This document shows positions 1 through 20,178 of a stretch of 64,000 bases of DNA, one piece after another. The stretch is from the human T2T-CHM13v2.0 reference genome, Homo sapiens. Every line of letters begins with the position of its first letter. The stretch's first letter is position 1. Position numbers and translations under genes: made by a program. The notes under the pieces were generated by a model. That model made no database searches. It was not told the origin of the DNA and saw only the letters and a list, made by a program, of their open reading frames with translations. The DNA lies in the NCBI RefSeq assembly GCF_009914755.1, contig NC_060927.1; one strand, 5' to 3'.

Positions 1-590
<590 letters not shown>

Positions 591-600
591 TTCTATGTAA

Positions 601-937
<337 letters not shown>

Positions 938-988
938 GTCCCTTTTTTATTTACTTCACAGTTCTTTTCACCAAAGACATTACTTTGT

Positions 989-1166
989 TTTCCTTCCGTC
1001 CGTCCTTCCTTCCTTCCTCCCTTCCTTCCTTCCTTTTTTTTTTCTTTTTCTTGAGACCAGGTTTTGCTGTGTTGCCCAGGCAGCTCTTGAGCTCCTGGGC
1101 TCAAGCATTCCTCCTGCCTCAGCCTCCCCAAAGTGCCGGGATTATAGGCGTGAGCCACCATACCTG
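989..1166 (-). mobile_element. Alu monomer (FLAM/left arm) with (CCTT)n tail
   Basis: Left-arm sequence only, preceded by CCTT repeats. Confidence 0.85.
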
Positions 1167-1204
1167 GTCGACCTTGTTTTACTTTGAATGTGCTTATGAA
1201 TCAA

Positions 1205-1335
1205 TTGGGGATCCTTTTAAAGTGCAGATTTGTATTCCATAGATCTGAGGCAGGGCTGAGACTGTATTTCTAACAAGTTCTCAAATGATGCTGATGCTGC
1301 TGGTCTGGAAACCACACCTGGAGAACCCCTGCTCT
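1205..1335. mobile_element. MER5-like hAT fossil
   Basis: GTATTTCTAACAAGTTCTCAAATGATGCTGATGCTGCTGGTCTGGAAACCACAC matches the MER5A core as recalled. Confidence 0.7.
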
Positions 1336-2293
1336 AGACTTTCCCCTGTCCTTTGAGATGGTGCTTGCCTGAGACCTCTCAGGTGAAAGCAAATCAGATG
1401 GCTGTTCAATGTCAGCAATGAGGGAGAAAATTTATGCAATTAGGACCAGTTCCTCTCTGCTGGGACTAAGGATCACTGAAAGAAATTGAGGGTCAGCTAA
1501 TTTGCAAAGTGGGAGAGGCAGAAAAAAATGGTGTCAGGCCCTAAGAGAAATTGGAGCTGGCTTTGAAAATACGCATTGAGTTTCAAACAGCAAACAAAAA
1601 AGCAATTCCTTTAACAAGCATTAAATTAGATATGCTAGGGGCTACATTGCTGAAAGTTACTCAGAAGACAGGTATTATGCTTATTCAGCTATAATTCTGG
1701 AATCAGCTAGAATCATCCCCAAATCTCAAAGCATGGTAGATAGTTGAATGGTGGGAATTTCAGTTTTCATAAAGAAACCTTTACTGGGGGTGGGGGCAGG
1801 ATTTCTAAATATGCCATATAACATTTATGCAGTGAGGTGGAAAATATATTTAAAACCAAACTCTTTGTAACTGCATCTGCAATCTAAATTGGGGTGGTAG
1901 TATAATTTACGTCAGTGGAAAAATGAATCTCTATACTGGGTCTTTCCACTTATGAAAGGGAAGAAAGAAGACTGACATTGTAAAACCTCTGCTTTTGGGG
2001 TTACATTGCCAAACAAGGGATTACAATCTCAAAAGCTTCCAGCAGCTAGAGTGGTCACACAAACAAGAGAGGCTGGTGGGTTCTGGAGAAGAAGAAGGCC
2101 AAGCTATCTTGCCTGGCCAAAGTGGGCAGCCATTACTCAGCTACTCAACTTTAACTTGTTGCCGCCATTTTGATTGAACACACTCAGTTGTTGACTCTTC
2201 CCATTTTTTGAGAGACGCATGGAACGAGGGTTATATGTGAAATGTATCCTTTTCTTTGGTTTGTTTTGTTTTTAAACGTCAGAAAGAAAATCA

Positions 2294-3222
<929 letters not shown>

Positions 3223-3225
3223 TTA

Positions 3226-3278
<53 letters not shown>
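3226..3278. repeat. (CA)n microsatellite, about 26 units
   Basis: Uninterrupted CA run. Confidence 0.98.
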
Positions 3279-3280
<2 letters not shown>

Positions 3281-3600
3281 TGTGCTGGGACAAACAAAGC
3301 CTAATCTCCCAAATTCTGAGATCAAAGGGTGGGAACAGAGTTAGGTGAGCCTTTCTTTAGCTAAGCACTGCTCGCTGACGTTCTCCAAGGCATGTCATTC
3401 CTGAGGAGGGTGTAGGAAAGTAAAATGCTTTGTCTAATCAAAAGAGAGATTTGAGTATTTTTGTGCAAAAGGAGCAGCCCAAAGTGAGATGAATCTAGAG
3501 AAATAGAGGAGCAGAAAAATGTGAGGGAGAGAAAGGAGAGTCAAGGAACTTGGAAGGAGGCTGGGGCCTGAAGAAGAAAGGGGCTAGTAGATCATTCCTA

Positions 3601-3938
<338 letters not shown>

Positions 3939-4064
3939 TTAGGAGTTGGGCCTGTGTTAGGTGAAAGAGATTTGGGGGTTTAGGGGTGGAGACTGAAGGG
4001 AAGGAACTGTGTTGCACCATTTCCATGTTAGAGCTGAGCAGACAGAAGTTACCAACTTCAGTGA

Positions 4065-4360
4065 GGTGGCTCATGCCTGTAATCCTGACACTTTGGGAGG
4101 CTGAGGCAGGAGGATCACCTTAGCCCAGGAGTTTGACACCAGCTTGGACAAGCATAGCGAGACCCTGTCTCTAAAAAAACTAAAAAAAAAAAATTATCTG
4201 GGTGTGGTGGCTCATGCCTATAGTTTTAAATCCTCAGGAGGCTGAGGTGAGAGGATCACTTGAGCCCAGGAGGTTGAGGCTTCAGTGAGTTGTGATCATG
4301 CTAGTGCATGCCAGCGTGCATGACAGAGTGAGACCCTGTCTCTAAATAAATAAATAAAAA
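4065..4360 (+). mobile_element. Alu (AluJ-like)
   Basis: Dimeric Alu with GGAGGATCACTTGAGCCCAGGAGG right arm. Confidence 0.92.
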
Positions 4361-5104
4361 TTAAAAATTAAAGAAAAAAGTTATCAGCTGCCTGAGATGA
4401 GATGCAGTTGAGATAAAATGGTGGGAACAGGACAGGCCTGGTGACTGAAAGAACACCAAATCCCAGGAACTTCCAGCTGAGGGACTTCGCTGAGGAGGTA
4501 AGTAGGGGCCTTCAGTCATTTCTGTGTTTCAAAGAGTAGGCAAGACTCCACCCTTGGTAAAGGGCCCTGAGCCGTTACCTTACTCAGGGTCAGCTCCTGG
4601 TGCCACTGTTCACCTTATCTACCATTTGAGTGAAGTCATTTAGCATCCCTGGGCCCCAGCTTCCTTTTAAAATGGGTAATAATGACATCTGTGTCACCTT
4701 CCCTCCAGGGTTCCTGTGAGGCATAATTGGGGTATTAAATGAGAAATGCTTTGTAAAATGGAGAGCTCCAGATAAATGGGAGGTATCAGTTAACAGTTCA
4801 TATTCAATTGATCTGAATGACAGCACCAGTATAATAATAACCTACAGCCGGCACTCCATACGAAGCACTTACTGTGTGTTATCTGACTGAAACGTTACAA
4901 CCTTGACGGAATATTGCTGTCCTGATTACACACGGAAGAAAACGGAGATTCAGAGAGATAAAGTAACTTGCCCATGGTTACTTGGCTAGCAACTGGTAGA
5001 ACCAGCCATGAATGACTCTTTTATTCTTAACCACTTTGTGTCATGTTATTTTAATAATCATTCTTAACATTATGCTAGCCTGCATCTTGAAGAATATATA
5101 ATAT

Positions 5105-6050
<946 letters not shown>

Positions 6051-6140
6051 ATATATATATATATGTATATATATAATATGTTAGTATATACTGGTAGTGG
6101 TGGTAGTGGTTCTTCACTAAGATTTTAAAATATCATTTTG

Positions 6141-6760
6141 GGCTGGGTGCAGTAGCTCACGCCTATAATCCTAACACTTTGGGAAGCTGAGGCGGGTGGA
6201 TCAGCAGAGGTCAGGAGTTCAAAACCAGCCTGGCCAACATGGGGAAACCCCATCTCTACTAAAAAAAATACAAAAAAATGCCGGGTGCGGTGGCTCACAC
6301 CTGTAATCCCAGCACTTTGGGAGGCCGAGGCGGGTGGATCACAAGGTCAGGAGTTCGAGATCAGCCTGGCCAACATGGGGAAACCCCATCTCTACTAAAA
6401 ATACAAAAATTAGCCAGTGTGGTGGTATGCGCCTGTAATCCCAGCTACTTGGGAGGCTGAGGCAGGAGAATCGCTTGAACCCAGGAGGCACAGAGGTTGC
6501 AGTGAGCTGAGAACGTGCCATTGCACTCTAGCCTGGACAACAGAGTGAGACTCCATCTCAAAAAAAAAAAAAAAAATTAGCCGGGCATGGTGGTAGTCGC
6601 CTGTAATGCAAGCTACTTGGGAGGCTGAGGAGGGGAGGATCACTTGAACCCGGGATGTGGAGGTTGCAGTGAGCTGAGATTTCACCATTGCACTCTACCC
6701 TATGTGACAGAGCAAGACTTGGTCTTGAAAAACAAAAACAAAAACAAAAACAGAAAAAAC
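6141..6760 (+). mobile_element. Alu with a second Alu (6280-6576) nested in its linker
   Basis: Left arm, complete Alu, then right arm. Confidence 0.92.
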
Positions 6761-6789
6761 CCATCATTTTGGTCTTTCATTTGAAATCT

Positions 6790-7185
6790 CTCTAGTAAAT
6801 ACCTATTATGTGCTATGTATTTGGAACACCTCCATGAGCAAAAGACACAGGGTCTCTTGCCCTCATGGAACATACAGGGTAACAATAGAAAAAAGGTATT
6901 AAACAATTACAATACTGGGTGCCAAAGGGGAGGTACTTTGGGTTCAAGGAGGAAAGGACACCTTAGCTGAGGCCTAAAGAATCAAGGAAGGGTGGGAGAG
7001 TGTTCCAGGCAGATGAAATAAATAGCAATGAGAAGGCCAGGAAGCAGAGCATGCATGAGGCGATGGAGGAAATGAAAGTAATACCCTGTGGTCCACTTTG
7101 GAGGGTGGGGTGGGCAGTGGTGAGAAATGACACTGGGGAGGGGGTCTGGGACTAGACTGCACAGTGGCCTTGTGAGTCATGTTGT
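6790..7185 (-). mobile_element. L2 fragment
   Basis: AGTAAATACCTATTATGTGC...GTCTCTTGCCCTCATGGA...GTGTTCCAGGCAGA resembles antisense L2 3' region. Confidence 0.6.
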
Positions 7186-7422
7186 CATATATAAATATAT
7201 AACATATATTTTATATATAATTTATATATTTTAGTTATGCATTAATATTTATCATATGTAATTTTATATGTGTATGTATTACCTATAATATGTATAAATG
7301 TATGTATACATGTGTATCTATGTAATTTTTCCTTAGAAACGAAACCAGTTTGAGCCCCACTAAAAAAAATTAAAAATAATTTAAAAAAACCTAAACCATA
7401 ATCACGCGTAATACTGTTTCTT

Positions 7423-7512
7423 TTCTTTTTTTTTATACTTTAAGTTCTAGGGTACCTATGCACAACGCGCAGGTTTGTTACATATGTATACATGTGCCAT
7501 GTTGGTGTGCTG
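7423..7512 (-). mobile_element. Severely 5'-truncated L1PA 3' end (~90 bp)
   Basis: TTATACTTTAAGTTCTAGGGTAC..GCACAAC..GCAGGTTTGTTACATATGTATACATGTGCCATGTTGGTGTGCTG. About 23-bp TSD at 7400-7422 and 7513-7535. Confidence 0.93.
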
Positions 7513-7535
7513 AATCATGCATAATACTGTTTCTT

Positions 7536-8215
7536 AATCCTTATTGAGATAAAATTGACATACAACAGATGACGTGCATTGAAAGTCTACAATTTGATGA
7601 GTTTTGACATTTGCATGCACCTGGGAAACCATCACCACAATCAAAGAACAGAGAACTCCATCAACCTCAAAATTTACTCATGCTGGGTTGGGCACAGTGG
7701 CTCATGCCTGTAATCTCAGTACATTGGGAGGCTGAGGTGAGAATTGCTTTAGCCCAGGAGTTCGAGACCAGCCTGGGCAATATAGCGAGACCCTGCCTCT
7801 ACAAAAAATACAAAAATTAGGCAGGCGTCGTGGTGCACACCTGTAGTCCCAGCTACTCAGGAGGCTGAGGTGGGAGGATTGCCTGAGCCCAGGAGGTCGA
7901 GGCTGCAGTGAGCCTTAATAGCTCCACTGCACTCCAGCTTGGTTGAGAGTGAGACTTGGTCTCAAAAAAAAAAAAAAGTTTACTCATGCTTTTGTGACAC
8001 CTCACTCCTGGCCCTCTCAGTCCCCTGGCAACCATCCTTCTGTTTTCTGTTGCGTTTTCTAGAATTTTGTAAATCGAATGTATCATGTATATGAAATCAT
8101 ATAATCTGTACACTTTTAAAACGTAGCTTCTTTCCCTCACATAACTACGGCGAGAGTCATCTGTGTCACTGCACATGTCAAAGGTTTGTTCCTTTTCGTT
8201 GCTGTAGTATCCTGC
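7536..8215 (-). mobile_element. Old L1M 3'UTR fragment containing a + strand AluJ (7685-7977)
   Basis: TTATTGAGATAAAATTGACATACAA...CCCTGGCAACCA. Alu TSD-like AAAA(T/G)TTACTCATGCT. Confidence 0.8.
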
Positions 8216-9965
8216 ACTGTTTTGAAACCTGTTTTGTTCCTTAATATATCAAGATAGCTGGGATCTAGGTCAAACTGCCAAAGTTGAAATATCAGTCATG
8301 CTGTTTATAAGTGGGTGAGTTTGGGCAAGAAATCTCGATATGTTACCCAGTTTCCCTTGAGCTCAATGGCCATGTCTGTAAAATGGGCTAACAGTAATAG
8401 TCACAAGGGAGGCAGGTTGTGTGAGATGATGTATATGCCTGTGTATAGCAATTGCTCAATAAAAGTTATCGAGAATATGATTGCTATTACTACTATTACA
8501 ATTCACACCTGGAGCATTTTAAGAAAACATCAGACACAGTCGTGGAACATGGATGTGCCCCTGAGTGTAGGAGGGAGAGAGCCGGGGCCAAGTTCCCTTC
8601 TGATAACATCATGGGCTCCAAGGTGGCCATGGCTGGTTCCTTCACCCTTTTGGTCCCCAGATTCTCCTTCTAGGGAACAATGGCATCCAGAAGTGGGGGT
8701 TGGGTGGAAAAAGAGATTAGAGAGTCTCTACAGACAAGAGAAAAGGGAAGCTAGCTCACTGCAATCAATTTGGTTACCAGGCAGTCATGCCTCCTCATTT
8801 GAACCCCAAAGACCCACGTCTTCCTCGATTGCTCACTCAACTAACAGATTAAATCATCTCTAACACGCAATGACTGTGTTATGTTTAAAAAGAAGCGTTT
8901 CCAAGGCTCACATACAAAGGAGGTGCCCGCCTTGTGTCTTGACCACAGTGATATAAAAATTAACTGCATTGATCATATCCTTCCTGGGCTCCACTTTATC
9001 ATCCTTCTGGGCTAGGTGGTCAGTAGCAAAGAGAGCCATGGAGTCGCATAGAAATATACCCAGCCACCCCAGCTTTAGAGTCAGGTGAGTCCTGGGTTCA
9101 AATCCCACTCCCACCGCATGTTAGTACTTGTACCTGAACCAGTTACTTGAACTCCTCAAGGGATCATATTTTAAATGGGGATAAACATGACGCCTCACAT
9201 CATGGGTATGTCGTGAAGGCTGAAGCACAAGTGGAGTGGACAGTCCTGAGCATAGTGCCTGGCACAGGGGAAATGCTGCACATAGGAAGTAAAGGGGTTA
9301 CCGTCAACCTCTGAGCGTTGCATGTGTGCATGCAACGTGCGCGTGTGCATGTGTGTGTTGTGTGTGTGTGTGTGTATGTTTAAAATAAGCATGTTCTCTA
9401 ACTCTAAGCCTTCTGTCTTTATGGTCCTCCTGAAATCACACCTTGAACAGCAGCCTGCCTATTTTAGGCAGCTCACCAGCTGGACGTGATGTCCCATGAG
9501 GAACAGTCAGAAGGAAGTGAGGATGTGTAAGCTGGGAGCTAAGTGGGACATGATCATTGTCATCAGGAAGGGCTGCCATAGGAAAGGTGCTTTAATTCAC
9601 ACTGTTTCAACCCAGAGGACTAAGACCCATGGGCGAATGCCTCTAGGAGGCAGAGGAACAACTGTCTTGCAATCAGAGAAGTCAAAAAAAAGAAGGGGAC
9701 TGCCTCAAGGCTTACTCAGCTGCCTGTGTGGATGTGTTCAAGCTGAGGCTAGGTGACCAGGTGTCAAAAATGTGGTCAAAGTGATTCCTGATGTAGGAAG
9801 TTGGACCAGACGAGTAGCTTTCAGCTGGATACAGAGGAGGTGGTGGGCAGGGCTCGGGGTCTCCACACTCTTACAGCTACCACAGCACTTCCTCTTTTGT
9901 CTGTTTTATATATTTGGGCTCCTGAAGATTTGAAGATTTAGCTATTTAAAATAAGAGGTTGTGGT

Positions 9966-9999
<34 letters not shown>

Positions 10000-10477
10000 C
10001 CCCTGGCCTGGATGACTTTTTGAGGCCTCTTGGAACTTTGGGGCTCCAAGTCGATGATTCAGAATTGCCTGTGACCTTGTGTATTTGTCAGAACTCTTTT
10101 TGGTTGCAAGTGTCAAAACTCCTCTCAATGTGGCTAAAGCAAGAAGTGGATTTAAGTAACTTGAGAAGCCTGCAGGGCTGTTGTGGTAGTTCGCAGAACT
10201 GGAAAACAGAGTGCAGCAGCCATGGCCTCCAGGACTAGAACCAGCAACCCAGGGCTGCCCAGACTCTCTTTCTTTGTCTGGCTCTTGGCTCTGCTTTTCT
10301 CACTTCTCTCTGAGTTGGCCTCTGGGGCACATGGCAGCCAGCAGCCCCAGTTGTGGGAAAGGGATTTGGCTCAGGTCATCCATCTGGGCCCACATTTTGA
10401 GCTCTCAGTTACCTCTGGCAATTTAGAAGATGGAGAAGTGGGTCAAGTTTAAACAAACAAACGAAAAATGGAATAGG

Positions 10478-11225
<748 letters not shown>

Positions 11226-11249
11226 TCAGCTGCAAGCCAGAAGCGTCTT

Positions 11250-11760
11250 TTCAAAAGGCAGATCCAACTGTGTCACTCCTCTGCTTGGATCATTTCAGTA
11301 TCCCCCGAGAACGTTCACATCTCTCACCAAGGCCAGCAAGCTCCTATGTGTCTGCCTCGCTCTGTAGCTGCTCTTTGTACCTCTCTTCACCTTGTGGCTC
11401 TGCCAGTTTCTTACAGGTTTCAGGCTTCTTTGCAAAAGCTGTCCCCTCTTCTGGAGCACCTGTTCCCTTCTCCCTTTTTGAGCCAGTACCTACTCTTTCC
11501 TGCTGGTTGCAGCTTCACCTCTTTGGTGAAGCTTTCCCTGATTGCCAGTAGGTCAGACCTTTTTGGAACACACCCTCAATGCACTCTAACTTCTTCAAAG
11601 CACTTCTCCCCGTGAAAATGAATAATCACATTTAGGTTGGCCATTAGACTGTAAGCTCTGTGAAGGGCCAGGTACCATATTTGCCTGGTTCATCTGTATC
11701 CACAAACCTAGCAGAATTCTTAGTACATAGTGAGAGCCCATTAAGGATTTATTTATTTTA
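11250..11760 (+). mobile_element. L2 3' region
   Basis: TGTCACTCCTCTGCTT...CCATTAGACTGTAAGCTCTGTGAAGGGCCAGG...TTCATCTGTATCC...CATAGT. Confidence 0.75.
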
Positions 11761-12589
11761 TTATTATTATTTTCAATACTGCTCCTTCTGTACATTAAGT
11801 ATGTATTGATAGACTCAGTGAGAGTCTGAGAACCCATTGTGGGCCTCCATTTTCCCATTCGTAAATGTCAGGATTGTGTAGGTGTCAAATTCTATGATTC
11901 TAAGAGTCTTCAATGTGAAGCACCTGGGTAAAGAGGGAGCTAGTGTCAGTGGGTGGAATTTGGTTAAATCCCAGAGGGTGCTGCATTTTATTTGAAGCTT
12001 ATGAAAGAAAAGGCTAGCTGGGGCCATCTGGTCTGGTAACAGGTGGACTCAAAAACGAAGAGGAGAAGTTCACTTAAAAAGCAGCCCTGTCTGCAAAAAA
12101 AAACTCACACTCCTTCCCTGAAGAAGGCTGTCACTGGTTTCTCTCTCTGGCTCTGACATATGCTTCAATCCCTCGCTCCTAAACGTGGTTGATATTCAGA
12201 GCTTGCTCCATGTGAGGAGAGCTGCTATGAGAACTGCAAACAGTTTCTCTGAGAGCAATTAGCAGAGGAAGAATTCGGCATTGCCTTCAGGGCCAGAGTC
12301 TTTGTACTGTGTGTCAATGGTTCAAATCTGGACACCACTGGCTCAGAGCAAGACAGTGGCCCTGGTTGTGCTGCAGACAGACAGGGTCTTCTGAGGGTTT
12401 GTCTGTAATAAAGAACCTACTAGCTCAACAATAGGTGGGCATTTGTCTTGCCTGCAGGGTAGACTCTGGAGACTGGGTTCAAATCCTGCCTCTGACCCTT
12501 ACTACTTACACAATCTTGAACAAATAACTGAACCTCTTTGGGCCTCAGTTTCCCCATCTGTCAAATGAGGATAGTAATAGTACTTACTT

Positions 12590-12887
12590 CTTTTTTGGTA
12601 TTTTTTTTTTTTTTTGAGACAGAGTCTTGTTCTGTTGCCCAGACTGTGCAGTGGCCCAGACTCGGCTCACCTCCGCCTACCAGGTTCAAGGATTCTCCTG
12701 CCTCAGCCTCCCAAGTAGCTGGGATTACAGGCACCCACCACAACGCCTGGCTAATTTTTGTATTTTTAGTAGAGATGGGGCTTCGCCATGTTGGCCAAGC
12801 TGGTCTCGAACTCCTGACCTCAAGTGATCCACTCACCTCGCCTTCCCAAATTGCTAGGATTAGACGTGAGCCACCGTGCCCGGCCTG
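12590..12887 (-). mobile_element. Alu inserted in a MIR (MIR ~12460-12995)
   Basis: TSD GGATAGTAATAGTAC; flanks carry the MIR core GGGCCTCAGTTTCCCCATCTGTCAAATGAGG. Confidence 0.92.
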
Positions 12888-13315
12888 GGATAGTAATAGT
12901 ACCTACTTAGTATTGTAGTGAGAAGTAAACGAGCTGCTTTGTGTAAAGTTCTTAAAATGGTTCCAGGTCCATACTAAGCATCATATAAATATTTCTAGTT
13001 GTATGTTATGAAAAATCTTCTCAATGCCTAATCTGGTATCAGACAACTGGACTAGTACTTCTCAAATGGTGGTATTAATATTAATAATTCGGTTTCCTTT
13101 AATTCAGCAATTATTGAGCTATATGGCAGGCACAGTGCTCGGCACTGGGGATTCCAACATGAATAAGAAATGCCTTGAACTTTAGAAAGCAACAGATGTG
13201 AACAAATATAGATAGTATAATGTACTGGGTAGAGTAGTGGGGTGACCTCTCTCTATACTGCTGGCGCCCCAAGTGGTTAGCCCAGGTGATGAAGCTCCTA
13301 GCCAGGGGTTAGGGA

Positions 13316-14040
<725 letters not shown>

Positions 14041-14815
14041 CCTATCCTGGACTGTGGGCATCACAGTTGTGGGAAAATTAGAACTGACCTAAACGTCCAA
14101 AGTGAGCACTTGGTTGAGTGACTTGGTGTTCACTGTAGTGCTTAACAACAAAGTGGTAGGTTTATTTCATGGAACAATCCTCAGGATACATTTTTGAACA
14201 AAAAAAGCAGATACAAAAGAGTACAATCCTATTTTTTGCATTAAAATAATAAAAGTGGGATTACCCTTATTCGGTCCCAGCACCACTATTTACTAGCTGT
14301 GTGATCTTGTACAAGTTCCTTCACTTTGACTTATCTCAGCTTCTCAAGCCATAACATTAGGATGATGAAGAGTCACTGCTTCATAGAACTATCGTGAGGT
14401 CAAATTAAATCATCCACATGAAGCATTGAACCTAATTCTTGGCATGAATGAGGTGCACAGTAAGTGATAGCTTTTATCATGACATGTACAGGGAAAAGTG
14501 TCTGGGTCAGTGCACCTCAGCATAGTCATAACAGCTCTCTAAGTAACTGGACTAGAAATTATTTTAGTTTTCTTTTTGCATGGCTGTATTTTCTAAATTG
14601 CCACAGTGAGCATAAATGACTTGTGTAAAAAGAAGAAAGAAAATGAGTCTTGATTGTTGTCCTGCTCCTAGCTGTGCTTGGCATATAAATATTTTTGCAG
14701 AGTAAATGTTTTTAGAGTACATGCAAAGTAAATATTTTTAAAGTAATTGATTGGATATTCATATGGCCAGGTCATACAATTTAAGAGGCTTCATTCACAT
14801 CAAAATACAGTTCTT

Positions 14816-15143
<328 letters not shown>

Positions 15144-16311
15144 TTAGTTTGCTAAGGATTACCACACTTAAAGTTTAAAAAAAGTTTTAAAAATAAATGA
15201 TTTCCTATATTCTTTCAGTATTGTTTCATGAATCACTTATAAAAAACTGGAATCTTCAAGTTTAGAAGCTGTTTTCTATTAAAGATTACATTTTTACTTT
15301 AATTGATATCAGTTGCATTAGTGGGGACTCTGACATACAAATTGGAGGCATTCAAATGAAACCAGTTTAAGCAATAAGAACAGAAAGATTTATTTGGGTT
15401 CTTATAAATAAGAATCCCTAGATATTTGGTCTTTTGAGGGGAACAGATGATTTAATCATGCTTCTCTAATTCTATACAATAAATGAGATGGCTGCTGGTG
15501 GCCCCTATGTTACAATCTGAGGAAAAAAAGAAATATTTTTAATAGCTGTAGTAAAAATCCCAGGGAAGTCTCTGATTGGTCAATGGGTCATGTGGCCACC
15601 TTTGGGTGAAGGTTGGGGGTAATGAACTGAATATATTAATATGAAATAGGATGAGGGATGGAGCTCAAAGAAAATATTGCTGATCAGACCACAAAACAAA
15701 TGGTCACTATGCATGAACAACCAGGCACCCCGTTTCCAGGAGAAGGTTCTTCATAAGGGTCTTTGACTTCACTGGAAAAGCAAAGCTACGTAAAATGCAA
15801 GAAATTATGATTTTATTGACAGAATTGAACATCATGCAGATTCCAGTCTTTCTGGATTACGGGGAGAAAAAAGGTAGAAGATAAGTATTGAAATAATGCC
15901 TCATGATTAGCCATTGAATATATGTGTCATACAGCAAATCTAAGTTTTAGTTTTTGATCTGCCATTTATAGACATCTCCAGGCCCCAGTTAACTCTTTGG
16001 TAAAATTAGAGAGCTGGCTTTGATGATCCATAACATCTGTTTGCTTGAAGATGCTACGATTCCAGACATCAGTACACAAAGACAAATTCTGTCTGAATTT
16101 CAAAGTAACTCTCATTTTCGCAGGCCTATAATGTTCTAAATGATACCAACCTTCAAGGAGTAATTTCACAGAATGAATTCTTAGGAAGTAAAGAACATTA
16201 TGTAACTCAGAAATAGTAGCTATAATTATTGATTATGCACTGTGCTGAATAATCACCCCTTACCTTTGCATAGTTTATTTCATTTGGCCTTCACAACAAT
16301 TCTGAGAGGTA

Positions 16312-16808
16312 GTATAATAGGTAAAATAATGATCCCCTGGAATGATGTCCATATCTTATTCCCTAGCACTTGTGGATATGTTAGGTTATATGGCAAAGAG
16401 GAATTAAGCTTACAGATGGAATGAGTGTTGTTAATCATCTGGCCTTGAGAAGGGGAGATTATCCTGGATGGTCCCAAGGTAATCACAAGGGTTCTTGTAA
16501 GTGAAAGAGGGAGGGAGGAGAGTCAGAGGCAGAGAAGGAGATGTGATGACAGAAGCAGAGGTTGGAGCAATGCAATCGTTGCTGAATTTCAAGATGAGAG
16601 GGGCCCATGGGCCAAGGAATACAGGTGGCCTCTGGTAGCAAGAACATGGATTCTCCTCCAGAAGGAACACGGACCTGCAGACATATTGATTTTGGACCAG
16701 TGAGACTAATTTCATCTGACCTCCAGAACTGTAAAATAATAAATTTGCCTTGTTTAAGCCATTAAGTTCGTGGTAATTTGTTGTAGTGGCAATAGGAAAT
16801 GAATAGAG
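16312..16808 (+). mobile_element. MaLR LTR, MLT1D-like
   Basis: GGCAAAGAGGAATTAAG...GGGAGATTATCCTGGAT...TGACCTCCAGAACTGTAAAATAATAAATTTG. Confidence 0.85.
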
Positions 16809-16832
16809 GTAGATATTAAAAACTCAAGTTAC

Positions 16833-17203
<371 letters not shown>

Positions 17204-17441
17204 CTACAACATCCAGAGTGTGAGTGCTGCATTTTTTGAGTGCCGACTATATGATACAATGTTGGGCCCTGCAGGTCACAAAAAAGTACACAAACATAAT
17301 CCCCAGCCTCAGGGAATTTATGATCCCATAGTGGGTTAACAATGAAACAGTATTACTTCCCTTTTATTGGAACTACTGAGGCCCAGGCCCTTCACATATA
17401 TAATCTTAGGACTATTACCCTTATCATGAAAAGGAAGACTC

Positions 17442-17800
17442 TGTTATGGGCTGAATTATGTCCCTCCAATCTCAAATTCATATGTCGAAGTCCTAATTCC
17501 CAGTACTCCAGAATGTGTCTGTATTTGGAGATACAACCTTTAAAGAATTAATTAAGGTAAGATGAGGTTTTATGTGTGGGTCTAATCCAAGATGACTAGT
17601 GTCTTTATAAAAAGAGGAGATTAGGATACAGACACACACAGAGGGAAGCCCTAGCTGAGGACAGAGGCCTCAGAGGAAACCCAGCCTGCTGATACTTTGA
17701 TCTTAGATTTCTAGCCTCCAGGCTCCAAGAAAATACATGTTTGTTGTTTAAACCACCTAGTCTGTGGTATTTAGTTATGGCAGCCCTAGGAAACGAATAT
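17442..17800 (+). mobile_element. MaLR LTR, MLT1A/B-like
   Basis: TGTTATGGGCTGAATT...AAATTCATATGTCGAAGTCCTAA...GTTATGGCAGCCCTAGGAAACGAATA. Confidence 0.87.
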
Positions 17801-17918
17801 ACTATCCATAAGTAAATGGACTTACTGTTAGCCAAGTTACACGATCAGAACTAGAAGAGTTGTTTACTCTGGGTTTCAGTGGCTAATTCTAAAGCAGGGC
17901 TAAGGAATTCAGGAGTGA

Positions 17919-19020
<1,102 letters not shown>

Positions 19021-19510
19021 CTCTTTTATTTTTTAAAAAACAGAGTAAATTATCTAGGAAGGAATCAGTCAGACTTTCACAGCAAAGATTTGCCTTCTGT
19101 TGATAAATCTCCTATACCTCCCATCTCCTTCTTTTCCAGAGTCTCTGTCCCCTTATTTAAATATATTTGCTAAGGTGTGTATCATTCAGGAGAAGCTAGG
19201 TTTTGCTACAGTAACAACTTCCAATTTCATTGGCTTAACACATCCAAGTTCATTTCTTATTCACACTATATATATAATGCTGGCTTCAGAGGCCTCTATT
19301 TATTATAGTCCCTGGGGAATCCAAGTTGATAGAGTTTTCATCTACACACCCTTGATGGCTTAGATAGGAAAAGAGGGCATGGAAAATTATACTGGCACAT
19401 ACAAGCTTTCACTTGGAAAGACACACACCACTTCCACTCACATTTTATTGGCCAAAGCAAGCCAAATACTTGCACCTTACTTCAAAGGAGACAGGGAAGT
19501 GTAATGCTAC

Positions 19511-19874
19511 TGATTGGCTGTGTCCCCACCCAAATCTCATCTTGAGTTGCAGTTTCCATAATCCCTATGTGTCATGGGAGGCACCCGGCAGGAGGTAATT
19601 GAATCATGGGGGCAGTTACCCTCATGCTGTTCTCATTATAGTAAGTGAGTTCTTATAAGATCTAATGGTTTCATAAGTGGCTTTTCCCCTTTGATCAGCA
19701 CTTCTCCTTGCTGCTGTCATGTGAAGAAGGGCATGTTTGCTTCCCCTTCTGCCATAATTGTAAGTTTCCTGAGGCCTCCCAAGCCATGCTGAACTGTGAG
19801 CCAATTAAACCGCTTTCCTTTGTAAATTACCCAGTCTCTTTATTAGCAGTGTGAGAACAGAACAGACTAATACA
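19511..19874 (+). mobile_element. MaLR solo LTR, THE1C-like, nested in an older MLT1 relic
   Basis: TTGGCTGTGTCCCCACCCAAATCTCATCTTGA...GTAAGTTTCCTGAGGCCTCCC...ACAGACTAATACA. Confidence 0.9.
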
Positions 19875-20178
19875 CCTCCCGTGTGCCCAAAAAGAGAGAA
19901 TGCAAATATTTGCAAACCTTCCTGATAACCCCTATGAGGGTGCCTTTGACTGCAAGTAACAAAACATCTGTCTGGAAGTGGCTAAAACAATGAGGATATT
20001 TATTATCTTATATTGGACATTTGCCAGCTTGGTTCATTCACTGGCCTAATGATATCATCAATCACCCAGGTTCCTTCTGTTTTCTGCCCTCCCAGTCTCA
20101 ATTTGTTGCCCTAACCTCATAGGATGGCTCTCTTCATGGTCTGAAGTGGCTGCCTTCTTTCATGTGTCACGTAGAGAC

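Noticed and set aside
8315-8863. 182-aa + strand ORF
   Set aside because: GTG start, begins in a MIR relic, no homology I recognise, no splice or codon evidence.
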